64,000 bases of DNA from positions 1 through 64,000 of the IMG/VR virus record IMGVR_UViG_3300044838_000061; one strand, written 5' to 3'. This document shows positions 35,673 through 46,015 of this stretch, piece by piece (the first letter of the stretch is position 1; each line of letters begins with the position of its first letter). The notes under the pieces were generated by a model, which ran no database searches, was not told the origin of the DNA, and was given only the letters and a program-made list of their open reading frames with translations. This DNA is from a virus. The translations under genes were made by a program, and so were the position numbers.

Positions 35673-37113
35673 CGCTCACCCCACCACTCGCGGATGCGTC
35701 CGAGCAGCCCGTAGCCATAGAGGGCGCGACGGCGCTGGAGGCCAGCCATGTAGCGATCCTGCGCCGCGATCATGGCCTCGAACTCGCGCATTTGCCGCCG
35801 CCCGGCAACCTCGGCGAGGTCGCCCCCGGCGACAAACGGGTCCAGTCCCATGTACTCGGCATAAGCGAGCAGACAGAAATCGCGTTCCTCCTCGGTCTCT
35901 GGCTCGAATGCCTCACCAAAATGCCGCGCGTGGGTGTATTCCTCGCCGAGTCCTAGCGGCTCCATTGATCCCCGGCCGATAAAGGCGAACGGAACCAGCG
36001 CCCCCTCCAACGCTTTTATGCGGGCTCCGAGCGCGTCTGCGAGCCGGTCGAAGTCTGTCCGCGCGATGACCTCGATCGTCTCCCCCGGCACCGGCCCCGA
36101 ACCACTAAGGAGGATGACTTCCAGTCCTCGATTCTTGACGTTGGAGATACCCCAGCGCCGCAGGCAGCCGCTTTGCTCGGTGTGCTGATCTCGACTCAAA
36201 ACTGCCTCTTTCGCCCGGTGCCTTCGCACGGCCAGCAGGACACGACCTCACCGATGCCACCATTGGACGCCAAGATCACGTCTTGGCCGCTGCCCTTGCA
36301 CTTCTCGCAGCGATCGGTCTCGGGTATGGCAGCGATCTGAGCGCGCCGCCATTTGGTCACGGACTTGTAGGGCGTGTCGCGGAGGTAGCGAGCGCCCTTG
36401 TAGCCGTTCTCCGGGCCGGGACTAACGACTTGCTCGGTGTTCTGATCTCGACTCACGAGCAACACACCGCCATAAGCAGCCGCACAAAACGGCCGTCCAG
36501 CGTCTCGATGTTCGCCCAGGAGGGCTCGCCCTCAGGATGTTCCAACAGGTCGCCGCGGCAGATTGACTCCCATGCTTGCTCAGGCGACCAGCCGACCGGG
36601 ACCGGAATGGTGTGGACGCGCTTCACGAGTGGTCCTCGCAGAAGGACTCGATTTGCGCATCGACCTCTTGGCGGGCCTTACACAAGGCGGCTACCGCAAC
36701 GTCGCGACCCTCGTCGTCTAGCGTTGACTCAAGCGCCTCCAGCTCGTCCTCGTCGGCCATTGAGACGAGCACGAGCAAGACCTCCCACGCACCGTGATCG
36801 GTCACGCCGCCTCCCTGACCGTGAGCCAACCCTGCGCCGACGAGCAGACCGTCCTGGCGAGGCGCCCGGACACTTCAACCTGCGCCGTACCGCGAGAGAG
36901 GTCGACCGCGCGCACCAACTCGCGCTCCAGCTTCACCTCGCGCATACTCGTCGCCGACCCCCGGTGCTCGTAGGCCAGCAGCGCATCGCGACCGTCGCGC
37001 TCGGACATGTAGTAGACACCGGCTCTACCGTCCCCCACGTACCACAGGCTCACCGCATCCGGCAGATGCCTGAGGGCGCGCTTCTCCTTGCTCGTCATGA
37101 TCCATCTCTTCAT
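35669..37113 (-). other. coupled small hypothetical genes (35669-36199, 36196-36456 with CxxCxG motifs, 36453-36626, ~36623-36805, 36802-37113)
   Basis: Overlapping stop/start codons; RBS upstream of 37113. Confidence 0.55.
36173..36455. repeat. 26-bp direct repeat (36173-36198, 36430-36455), 25/26 identical
   Basis: TTGCTCGGTGT(G/T)CTGATCTCGACTCA read directly. Confidence 0.9.
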
Positions 37114-37279
37114 CGTCCTCTCTCTTCCTGCCCGTCGTAGTTTTGACGCGCGACACGAATCAGCGAGGGGCAGCGGGAACCACCTGGCGATAGCGTCAAC
37201 ACCATCGTACATTTTCGCGCAAATTCCGTGCAGTAGTTTCCGCGGCAGACGTGGCTCTCGACCGTGACGTGATGTCCGC

Positions 37280-37483
37280 TTGGCGCTGAAACCAACCACC
37301 GTGCGCTTCACCCCCGACGCGCTCGCCGCCGTCCGCGAGGCATCCGAGGAGCTGGGGTGCAGCATCGGACAGTTCGTACGTGAGGCGGCCATAGCGCGAG
37401 CGATCCTCGTCGCGGAGCCGACCATCCCTCCTGCCGCTGTCCTACGGCTCATCGGGGAAGTCACGCGGCGCTCCTCGGGCTGA
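37280..37483 (+). CDS. ribbon-helix-helix (CopG/Arc-like) regulator
   Basis: TTVRFT...L..VREASEELG.SIGQFVREA. Confidence 0.72.
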   Translation: MALKPTTVRFTPDALAAVREASEELGCSIGQFVREAAIARAILVAEPTIPPAAVLRLIGEVTRRSSG

Positions 37484-38021
37484 CCCAGCAATGCCAGACC
37501 CCGTCGCGGTACTTCAGGACGATCGGCTCGTCGTCGCGCTCGATGAGCTGCTCGAGCACAGCACCGACGTCGTCCTCCGACAGACCGAGATGCTCGGCGA
37601 TCTCGCTGGTCGTTCGAGACTCCTCTCCCACGCATGAGTAAACGCGCTCCTCGACCGAACGTTCCGGGTCATCCTCTGGGAGTCCGTCCTGAACAGAGTC
37701 CTGCGAGCGGCGCGAGAGGTCGCCCTCCTCAGGGGGCGACGTCGATTTCGGCTCGGGATGGTCGGCGGGCATAAGGGGGCGCGACGCCCGCCGACGCTGA
37801 CGCGACTTTTCGCGTCCCGCTTGCTTGTTACCTCTGCGTGGACTACCCACGGAGTCGTCACTCGCAGTCTTGTCGAAGAGTCCGCCGCTCGGCCGCGAGC
37901 GGCCGGCGCGGATCAGCTCGCAGACGTGCGCTGAGAAGCTCTGGCCCTCAGCGACCTCGGCGCGGAGTTCCTGCGCCAGGTTCACATCCATCGACACGCT
38001 GACGGCGACCTTGCCGCTCAC
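37461..38021 (-). CDS. putative DNA-binding protein (RHH-like N-terminus, wHTH-like C-terminus)
   Basis: VAVSVSMD..SFSAHVCELI; TTSEIAEHLGLSEDDVGAVLEQL. Confidence 0.55.
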   Translation of the reverse strand: MSGKVAVSVSMDVNLAQELRAEVAEGQSFSAHVCELIRAGRSRPSGGLFDKTASDDSVGSPRRGNKQAGREKSRQRRRASRPLMPADHPEPKSTSPPEEGDLSRRSQDSVQDGLPEDDPERSVEERVYSCVGEESRTTSEIAEHLGLSEDDVGAVLEQLIERDDEPIVLKYRDGVWHCWVSPRSAA

Positions 38022-38684
38022 GCCGCGGCCTGTCGTGAGTGCTGAACGAACATCTCGGCGTACTCGGCTGTCTGGACCTCCTCGCCGCGGCAACGCAGCC
38101 CGCGCGAGGCGACCTCGAAGAACGTCAGCGCGTCGCGTCCGCGTAGGACAACGAATTCGTCGATCGCCTCACAACCCTGGTCCGGCTCGCCGCCGAGCAC
38201 GGCATAGGCGTGGCGGACCTCTCCGTGACCGCAGCAGGCGTGCGAGACACCGGGAACGAACCCGACGCAGGGATCCGGGTCACCGACGACCACGCGAGCG
38301 CCGCACTGCGGACAGTCGCGGTCATTCACGTTGTCCAGCCCGAGAATGGAGGACGCGGCTCTAGTACGACGACCGCGAGGACCCACGTGGCGACGAGAAC
38401 GACGCTCACCCGGTCACCACGTGGACCGGGTAAGTCTCGGAGAGTCGGCGATGGTGCTCGTAGACCTTGTCGCTCATCTCGCGCGTGACCGGCGTTCCCT
38501 CGGTCTCAGCCAGCAGGACGTCGGGGTCTGGTACCGACTCTGCGCACGCCCTCATCTTCGTCCCGGTACCGTCTCCGGCGGAGAACGCGCGCAGGGTTGT
38601 GAACGCCGCGTCAATGGCCGCCTCCCCGAGTAGACGGAAGGCATCGCTCGAGGACTCGCAGCGGATGACGAGGAAGTGCGCCAT
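38018..38684 (-). other. small hypothetical genes (38018-38329 Cys-rich; 38406-38684)
   Basis: CPQCG..DPC.G..HACCGHG motif; coupled arrangement. Confidence 0.55.
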
Positions 38685-38914
38685 CAGTCTCGCCTCTCTA
38701 CGAGCGGGGGCCTCTCCTGGTCCGTGATCGGAGGGAAGCCCCACTCGTCGAGGACGACGACCTCGGAGCCATCGTTGAGAAAAAGCACCGGGTAGTCTGC
38801 CGTGCCTCTCGGATCGCCGATCGAGCCGATTCGACTACGTCCTTCCTCGACATCTCGACCTCGATCACGCGCAAGACGGCTCCCCTCTCCTAGGAAACGA
38901 TCAACTCGCCGATG

Positions 38915-38943
38915 ATCCTACTCCCGTACCTAGTTCCTGTCAA
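38915..38943 (-). promoter_or_regulatory. leftward promoter TTGACA-N17-TAGGAT
   Basis: Perfect -35 box and 17-nt spacer. Confidence 0.8.
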
Positions 38944-38949
38944 GGAGAC

Positions 38950-39094
38950 TTCCTAAGAACGCCCCCGCGGTGCCCCGTCGCGCCTTCCTAAGAACCATCG
39001 TTCATAAGAACTCTTCATAAGAAGACGTCGGGGACCCCGCGGGACTCTTCATAAGAATTCATAAGAACGTAGGCGTCACGTCTCTTCTTATGAA
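38950..39094. repeat. seven TTCnTAnGAA boxes
   Basis: Copies at 38950, 38985, 39001, 39014, 39048, 39058 and 39085. Confidence 0.92.
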
Positions 39095-39574
39095 GGAATC
39101 GAGCGCTCAGGTGTGCTCTCAGGTGCTGGCTATCACCGCCCCCCTATCCCCACGCCGGCAGTGGTCTACGGCGACCCCCTGGGGTGGGTTAGGCGGTCTA
39201 GTGGGTGGCTGAAGCTGCGCTATCGCCCGCAGTTACTGGGGATCGTCCCTGCCTGCGCGGCTGGGTCGACTGCTCGATGGAGCTGAGCTCGGTCTCGGCT
39301 GGCGAGCTCGTGCGTGTGGGCGAAGATGCAAGAGGGGCGTGCATGAGAGGAACGCAAGGGGGCATATAGAGGTGAGACGAGAACTGAGGAGACCATCTTC
39401 GGATGGGTAGGTAGGGGACTGAGTACGGCAAATTGCGCGCGATTCTGGGAAGGGACTCTGCGCGCTTCCTAGGAAGGCTCGAGGGTCAGTGTTCTTATGA
39501 GGGTGTTGGGTAGCTAGTTCTCGCGCGAAATCTGGGGATCTCGAGCGCCGATGTAAATATTCTTGCCTAGGTAC

Positions 39575-39603
39575 TTGACAGATAGCTAGTTCGCTAGTAG
39601 GTT
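39575..39603 (+). promoter_or_regulatory. rightward promoter TTGACA-N17-TAGGTT
   Basis: Perfect -35 box and 17-nt spacer; GGAG RBS before ATG 39654. Confidence 0.8.
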
Positions 39604-39653
39604 GTGTCTCGTGAGCGGCTTGAGGATCGCTCCCGGAGTAGGAGACGGAGACA

Positions 39654-42600
39654 ATGCTAAGCGAGTATCGAGTGACGGACAGAGGGACCTTTCCGCGCGG
39701 TTTTGCGGTACTGGACAAGCGCGGCGCACTGGTCGACGCGTTCAGAACTAAGAGTGGTGCGGAGTACGCAGCGCGGGTTCTGGGAACTGATCGCGCGACG
39801 CTGGACCACCACGCAACCTTTGGTTGCAGGGTGGTAGAGCGATGACACGCCAAGGCAAGATTGACCTATGCCACGAGATGCCGAACGGCGCGACAGTCAA
39901 GGATTGGCTAGGTACGACGCTCGTAGCTGCTCGCATCGCGCAGACGTGTATTGGCCTAGGTCGCAAGGGGATCGCGAAGGATTCGAGTTGGCTTGTAGAG
40001 GCTGAGGATCGCCTCACACAAGCGCTTGAGGAAGTGCGCGCCGTGCGCGCCGAGGTGGACGTATGACACGCGTACTGAACGACCCCACGCTTCACCTGCA
40101 GGACTCTAAGCGTCGCGCGCTTGCGTCTCGCTTCGCAGACAAGCTGAGCGGGGTACATCCCAACTTCGACCGCTCGCGGTTTCTGCGCGCTTGTGGGGTG
40201 GAGCGATGACGGTCTACTACGTATGCGATCACTGCGCGCACGTCGCGCCGTGGCCGGCTGACGTGGACGACGCGCCGCGTAGGTGCGAGAACTGCGGCGA
40301 GTCCGGTCAGTGGATGCACGGTCCGTGTCGGGATCTCGATGACGCGGAGGAGCGCTCTCAGCTCGTCCTAGACGCGCACGCGCACCGCGAGAAGATCGCG
40401 CTAGACAGCTGGATCGCTGAGGCACACAAGCTCGGCGCTGAGGATGCGAAGGCTGCAGCGTCGTGGATCACTGACGGTAACGATACGGACGAGTCTCGAC
40501 GCGCGAAGCTACAGCGGATCGAGGATGACGGCCCGGATTCGGTCATTGGCCGGCGACCTGATTTGTCCGGCGAGTACGCGGACAATCCAACGCCGCTAAG
40601 TCTGGCGCGCGAGATCACGGGCGACGACGATCCCGATGCGGACACGGTCGACGCACTGGCCGATGCCTATGAGCTCGGCGTCTCGGACGAGTTCGAGGAT
40701 GCCTGCGTGGCTGAGTTGGAGAGGTGGTTGTCATGAGCGCGCCCAACCTAGCTGCACGCGCGGAGCGAGCAGAGCAGTACGTCGCGAGCATTCGCAACGC
40801 CAAGAAGCGCGCCTACGCGCATAGGTTCCTGCGTTACCTGCGTAACGGCGTCACAGACGACATCGGCTCGCTACCTGGAGACACGCCGCAACGCGCCGGC
40901 GAGCTGAGTTACATGGCCGCGCAAGCGGTCGAGATGAACCTACGCGCAATCTGGCGAGGTGAGCGATGAGCGTCCAAGAGCACGGTTGGCTCGTCTGCGC
41001 GCCCGGAGATCCGAACGAGCGCCAGACGGACGCGATGCTGACCCTTTCCGGCCCGGATCACTACTGCGCCGAGCGTTGGAACGCTGACACTGGCGCCGTC
41101 CGATTCGTGGTCTACCACGACCACCGGACGATGGAGTACAGCGTCGACGTCGCCGGAGAGGTGCGAGTCATCGGGGTATGTCGATGAGCGTCGCGATCTG
41201 CACGAATGAGACCAACCGAACGGAGGACACGGATGAGGGACGCCGTCTACACGCGGCAAGATCGTAAGCGCACGAGCTCGGCACGGCTCGAGACGATGCG
41301 CCGGCGCAAGATCCGCGTCGAGAAGTACGGAGGTCGGTCCGCATGATTGCCGTAAGCGAACTGAAGGACTGGGCAGCAACGCTCAGCGCACTAGACCGAC
41401 ACGGAGAGCATTTCGTCGCGGTCGACGATGGCGGTCTCACACTCGTCGAGATCCAGAACAACGAGCAAACCGGCGCCTACCTGGAAGTGGGCGGCGAGCC
41501 ATCAGACGAGGAAGGCGAGCAGCGATGACCACCTACAGGTTCGCCGTAGAGGTCGAGATAGACGATGAGCTGTTGGCGAGTCATGACGGGAGCCTGACTC
41601 CGCCGCCGAATAACCCGCGTGAGTGGTACGGCGGGGATCTTGTCGCGGCGATCAACGACGGGCTAGCTGAGGTCGTCCACGACGAGCTAGAGGTACTTTC
41701 CGTGACAGCGGGTGAGTCGTGAACACCTGGAGCGACCTACAGACGAGACGCGGCAGGCTGCAGGAGATGGCCGCGACACTTTCGCGCGCAAAGAGCTTTG
41801 TAGACGAGGTCATGCAGGACTACCCGCGGAAAGAGCTAGACGGAGTCGCGGGCCTCGAACACGCGATAGAGCTGATCGGGATCTGTGAGCGCGAGCTAGA
41901 CGACGCGGCCGATTCGGAGCCTGTCACATGAGGCTCTACGAGGTCATAGAGCGACTACCGGATGGTCGAGAGCGAATCGTCCCACACCCTCACTCGCACG
42001 CGTGGACAATGTCGCTCAGGGAGACCTACGCAGCCGTGGACAATTGCCGTTGGGCGGTAATGATCCGTGAGGTGACGATGTGAGAGGTCAAGACGTCATC
42101 GTCACTTGGCCGCAATCGCGCCCGCTTGACTCCTATCTGGCCGAGCTCAAGCGCGCAGCGCGCGACGGACTCGTCATCAACTACCGCGTCTCGCGTCTGC
42201 CGGCAACGAAGCCGCGGCGCTGCTACATGGTCCACTCCGGAATGGTGCGCGGGTGGTGCGACGTACTCAGTGTCGAGCGACGAGGAGAGGGCGACGTCAG
42301 ACGCGCCGAAAATGATTCTGGATTCTGGCCGGGCGGCTACTACATTGTCCGCTCGCCCGTGTGGCACGCGCTCAAGAACCCTCTACCCATGCGCGGGTTC
42401 CAAAGCTGGCGCTGGTACGACGGGAGTAGCGCGTGATGACCGAGCAAGAGCTAGAGGCGCTGCGCGAGATGTCTACCCCGGCGATTCGACGGGCGCAGGG
42501 GATCGTCCAGCTACAGCTACCGCTAGCGCACGCCCAACGGAACACACGCGCGCTAGCCAAACTCCAAGAGTTGGAGCGCGACTACGCCGAGGAGCTGTGT

Positions 42601-43050
42601 CGCAGGTTTGATCTAGCTGAGGCTAGAACATGAGCGCCAACGGTCGCCGGTTCTTCACGATCACCTGCGTCCGTCAGGACGACGAGGGAGCCTGGACAGC
42701 GCACGTGTCCACAGACGGCCGAACGTACCGGGCTACCCGTCGACACGGCTCCTGGTCGCTCGTGGAGGGTGACAGCGAGCGAATCGTCCTACCTCACGTG
42801 GCGACAGCCCTACAGCAACGCGTCAGGCGCGCGGAGCGGAGATCTCGGCGTGATGCCTCTAGCTAAGTTTCTGCGACGTCGGAGAGTTTGGATCGTGACC
42901 ACTGCATGGGCTGATGACCCGAACGAGCGCGGGAGCGATCTTGCCGGCGTCTATTCCAGCGAGGCGCGCGCAAGAGAGATCGCCGCGAAGTTTCCTCACA
43001 CGGGAAGGGTTGAAGAGGTCCATATTGACGAGGTGCCGTCGTGGCTGTAA
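39654..43050 (+). other. operon of roughly 15 small early-type genes (e.g. 39654-39845, 39842-40066, 40063-40209, 40206-40736, 40733-40969, 40966-41187, 41343-41528, 41525-41722, 41719-41931, 42080-42436, 42433-42633, 42630-42866)
   Basis: Chain of ATGA/GTGA overlaps below a strong promoter; 40063-40209 (PNFDRSRFLRACG) is absent from the ORF track. Confidence 0.7.
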
Positions 43051-44111
43051 TGACCGCCCAAGAGCAAGCAGAGCGCGTCGTCGGCAAGCTGGCCGAGCTC
43101 GGCGTTCCCTGCTCACTGCTCTCGGTGACGGAGGGTCCGCAAGTCGCCCGCGCCGAACTCGAGCCGGGGGACGGCGTCAGGATGCACGATACGCGGAAGC
43201 TCTCGCGCTCCGATGACCTGGCCTACGCACTCGGCGCTACCCACGTTCGGATAGTCGCGCCGGTACCCGGCAGGAGCGCGTTCGCGGTCGAGTGGGATCG
43301 TGCGGACCGCCGAACTATCACACTCGACGACCTACCCGACGCAGGATGGCCGCTCGCGCCCACGATCGGCCTCGATGTAGATAACAAGCCTGTTATCGCG
43401 TACCTCCCGGACGCCCCACACATACTCATAGCGGGACAAACTGGCGCTGGTAAGTCAGTCCAACTACACGCGATTCTTTGCGCCCTCTTGCGCATCGCCG
43501 GACCGAACAAGCTGCGGCTCGTGATGGTCGATCCGAAGAGGGTCGAATTTGCTTCTTATGACGGGCTGCCGCACCTCGCGGCGCCAGTCGCGTCAGACAC
43601 CGAGACGGCCGTCGGTCAGTTGCGCGGCGTAGTCGAGAACATGGAGAGGAGGTACCGCCTGCTCGAGACTCTCGGCGCGCGAAACTGGGCCGACGGAAAC
43701 GATGCGCTCGCTCGACTCGACCGAGACACGCTCCCGTACGTCCTGGTGGTTGTGGACGAACTGGCGGACCTGATGATGACCTCGCGCAAGGAGGTGGAGT
43801 CGCTGATCGTCAGGCTGGCGCAGAAGGGCCGCGCTGCCGGCGTCCACCTGATCCTCGCCACGCAGTACCCAACCGCGAACATCGTCACCGGACTGATCCG
43901 GGTGAACGTACCCACGAAGGTCTGCTTCGCGGTACCGGACATGACGGCGTCACGCGTGATCCTAGACCGGAACGGGGCCGAGTCTCTACTTGGCCGAGGG
44001 GACGGACTGCTCAGTTTCGGCGGTCTACCTCCGGTGAGATTCCAGAGCGCCTATGTCAGCCCTGAGGAAGTCACGGAGACCGTCTCGCGCTGGACTAAGG
44101 TCTCCGCTTAG
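43041..44111 (+). CDS. FtsK/SpoIIIE-family ATPase, motor domain only
   Basis: PHILIAGQTGAGKS, MVDPKRVE, VVVDELADL, RLAQKGRAAGVHLILATQ, GAESLLGRGD. Confidence 0.92.
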   Translation: MAVMTAQEQAERVVGKLAELGVPCSLLSVTEGPQVARAELEPGDGVRMHDTRKLSRSDDLAYALGATHVRIVAPVPGRSAFAVEWDRADRRTITLDDLPDAGWPLAPTIGLDVDNKPVIAYLPDAPHILIAGQTGAGKSVQLHAILCALLRIAGPNKLRLVMVDPKRVEFASYDGLPHLAAPVASDTETAVGQLRGVVENMERRYRLLETLGARNWADGNDALARLDRDTLPYVLVVVDELADLMMTSRKEVESLIVRLAQKGRAAGVHLILATQYPTANIVTGLIRVNVPTKVCFAVPDMTASRVILDRNGAESLLGRGDGLLSFGGLPPVRFQSAYVSPEEVTETVSRWTKVSA

Positions 44112-44126
44112 ATCGACAATAGCTGC

Positions 44127-44155
44127 TTGACTAGTAGCTACAGCTAGGGTAAGAT
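44127..44155 (+). promoter_or_regulatory. promoter TTGACT-N17-TAAGAT
   Basis: Near-consensus boxes with a 17-nt spacer. Confidence 0.75.
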
Positions 44156-44161
44156 CCTTCC

Positions 44162-44239
44162 CAAGCGCGCGGCTCAGACAACCTCGTCGAACCAGTCCCC
44201 GGCGGGGTTATCTTGGGAGGCACCGCGCGCTTCTTTTTT
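44162..44239 (+). ncRNA. candidate ~78-nt hairpin sRNA or attenuator
   Basis: Begins at the predicted TSS; 10-bp closing stem, 14-nt inner stem, then CTTTTTT. Confidence 0.55.
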
Positions 44240-44257
44240 CAGAGAGAGGAGCAAGTA

Positions 44258-44587
44258 ATGGGGATTACCCGTTCCACACATGACACAAAACCAGTGGGGC
44301 GCGAGACGCTCACGATTCGGATCCCTCGCCCAATGCGCACCGACCTCGAGCGCCTCGCAGCGGTCGAGGATCGCTCTCTCGGCTCGATCGTTCGTCGCGC
44401 GCTGCGCGGTGTTCTCTCGGACCGGTCGTCTGCCAATCCCTACGCCACATCGCAAGACGTTCGTGAGCTTGTGGGCGCGGCGCGCGATCTCGTGAAGACG
44501 TGGAGACAAGGAGATGGCCTCATGGCATCGCGATACAGACGGCTTGAAGTTGCGTGTGATGTGATCGACGAAACAACACAGACGTGA
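44258..44587 (+). CDS. ribbon-helix-helix regulator
   Basis: GAGGAG RBS; TLTIRIP...L..LA..EDRSLGSIVRRAL. Confidence 0.75.
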   Translation: MGITRSTHDTKPVGRETLTIRIPRPMRTDLERLAAVEDRSLGSIVRRALRGVLSDRSSANPYATSQDVRELVGAARDLVKTWRQGDGLMASRYRRLEVACDVIDETTQT

Positions 44588-44862
44588 GTAAAAGCGACGA
44601 AGACTTCCTAGCGACCGCGGCGGTAGTAGCTCGAGCGCGGGTCGAGGTGATCGGCGACGTCGCGCGGCGTCTGAGGGGCGAGTCCGCGCGTCATGAGTCT
44701 GAGGTAGTCCGGATCCGAGGGACACACCTGGACGCGAATCGTGCGCTCGTCGGAGTCCTCGACGAAGCAGCGCGAAGGAGGATCCCTCAGCACGTCCTCT
44801 CTCAGCGACTAGGGCTCAGCCGGCAGCGTCTCTACAAGATCCGCCAGGCGATGCGGGCATGA
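44584..44862 (+). CDS. HTH protein
   Basis: C-terminal IPQHVLSQRLGLSRQRLYKI. Confidence 0.6.
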   Translation: MSKSDEDFLATAAVVARARVEVIGDVARRLRGESARHESEVVRIRGTHLDANRALVGVLDEAARRRIPQHVLSQRLGLSRQRLYKIRQAMRA

Positions 44863-44929
44863 CCCGGCAGGCGCATAGCGACCTTAGCTTCTGCCCGAGG
44901 AGGGCCTGATATGTGCAACGTCTCGATGG

Positions 44930-45205
44930 GTGATGGACAACTACGGCCCCTACATTCCGCGCCCGGATCAGTACCCGTGGACGCAGCCGCCGATTCAGAC
45001 CGTGCCCCCAGCGCCCGCACCGATGAAGCGGTGGCCGACCTTTGACGAGCTGAACGAGCTGCTGGAGTCCTTCCGGGACGCCGTGAGAGCCGCCGAGGCG
45101 TTCGACCGCCTTACGGGTCAGCCCGACTGCGTGGACCCGGAGAAGGCCGCGCTGGAGGAGCGCGTCGCCGAGCTGGAGCGCAAGCTCGAGGAGATGGCCG
45201 CATGA
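44930..45205 (+). CDS. hypothetical protein
   Basis: FDRLTGQPDCVDPEK followed by a coiled coil; true start may be ATG 44911. Confidence 0.55.
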   Translation: MMDNYGPYIPRPDQYPWTQPPIQTVPPAPAPMKRWPTFDELNELLESFRDAVRAAEAFDRLTGQPDCVDPEKAALEERVAELERKLEEMAA

Positions 45206-45303
45206 CCACCGATCCCGAATGGCTTGGCCGATGACAGAGCACGCGCCTCCCGAGCAAAACGCCTGTGACCCGCAGGAACTGGTCAACGTCACGATGGACT
45301 TGG

Positions 45304-45396
45304 ATGGGAGCGCTGACCGTTGGCGGACTCTTTGACGGCTGCGGGCTGCTCGCCGGAGGACTCCACGAAGCCAGACTTGAGCACCGCTGGCTCTGA
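45304..45396 (+). pseudogene. N-terminal stub of a C5 cytosine DNA methyltransferase
   Basis: MGALTVGGLFDGCGLLAGGLHEARLEHRWL* matches motif I (FxGxG) and stops where motif II would begin. Confidence 0.7.
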
Positions 45397-45601
45397 TCCC
45401 TGAGATCAAATGACCACAACACAAGAGGAGAACGGTGAAGACACAAGATCGTAGACTGACGGAAGATCAACACTTCGTTCTTGATCGAATCGCGAAGGAC
45501 GACCCCGGCGCGAAAGTCGTCGACTGGGACTCAGACGTACACGGTCCGGTCCTACGCCACTCAAACGGAGATCGAGGGGTCGTCGTACCAGGACCCTCGT
45601 C

Positions 45602-46015
45602 GTGAGTGTCTCCCGGAAGATGCAGCGAGCAGCTCAGCCTCCCACCGCCGGCGCGGTCGACCTCGGTGCCCTCAAGGGAGCTAAAGAGGCCGCAGAGGAG
45701 GGCAAGAGGCAGCTCCTATCCCAGAATGGTCTCCTGTGCGTGTGCGGCGCGATCATCGAGGACGAGGGCGTCGTCCTGTTCTCGATGGGCGAAGGTATGG
45801 TCCCGACACCGAACGGACCTCAGCCCGGCGTAGCGATGGCGACACAGACGTTCCACTCGCGCGAGTGTTCTGCTCTGACGACACAGCTACGAGCAGCGCA
45901 CGTACCCGGCCAGCCAAAGCCGATCGCGCTACGAGCTCTACCCGTTACGGAGTGGCTGGAGCAGGCTCCGTCGTCAGACTCGCGGAAGATCCCCGCAGTG
46001 ATTGTCGACGCCTGA
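45602..46015 (+). CDS. hypothetical protein
   Basis: GTGA-coupled to a short upstream ORF that has an RBS; CVCG..H..C. Confidence 0.55.
   Translation: MSVSRKMQRAAQPPTAGAVDLGALKGAKEAAEEGKRQLLSQNGLLCVCGAIIEDEGVVLFSMGEGMVPTPNGPQPGVAMATQTFHSRECSALTTQLRAAHVPGQPKPIALRALPVTEWLEQAPSSDSRKIPAVIVDA

Noticed and set aside
38684-38876. Programmed frameshift in the first leftward gene
   Set aside because: The coding-like frame appears to change near 38855 but there is no slippery site; a 1-nt deletion or sequencing error is simpler.
38950-39094. CRISPR-like array
   Set aside because: Repeats are only 10 bp with irregular 0-25 nt gaps, and no cas genes are present.
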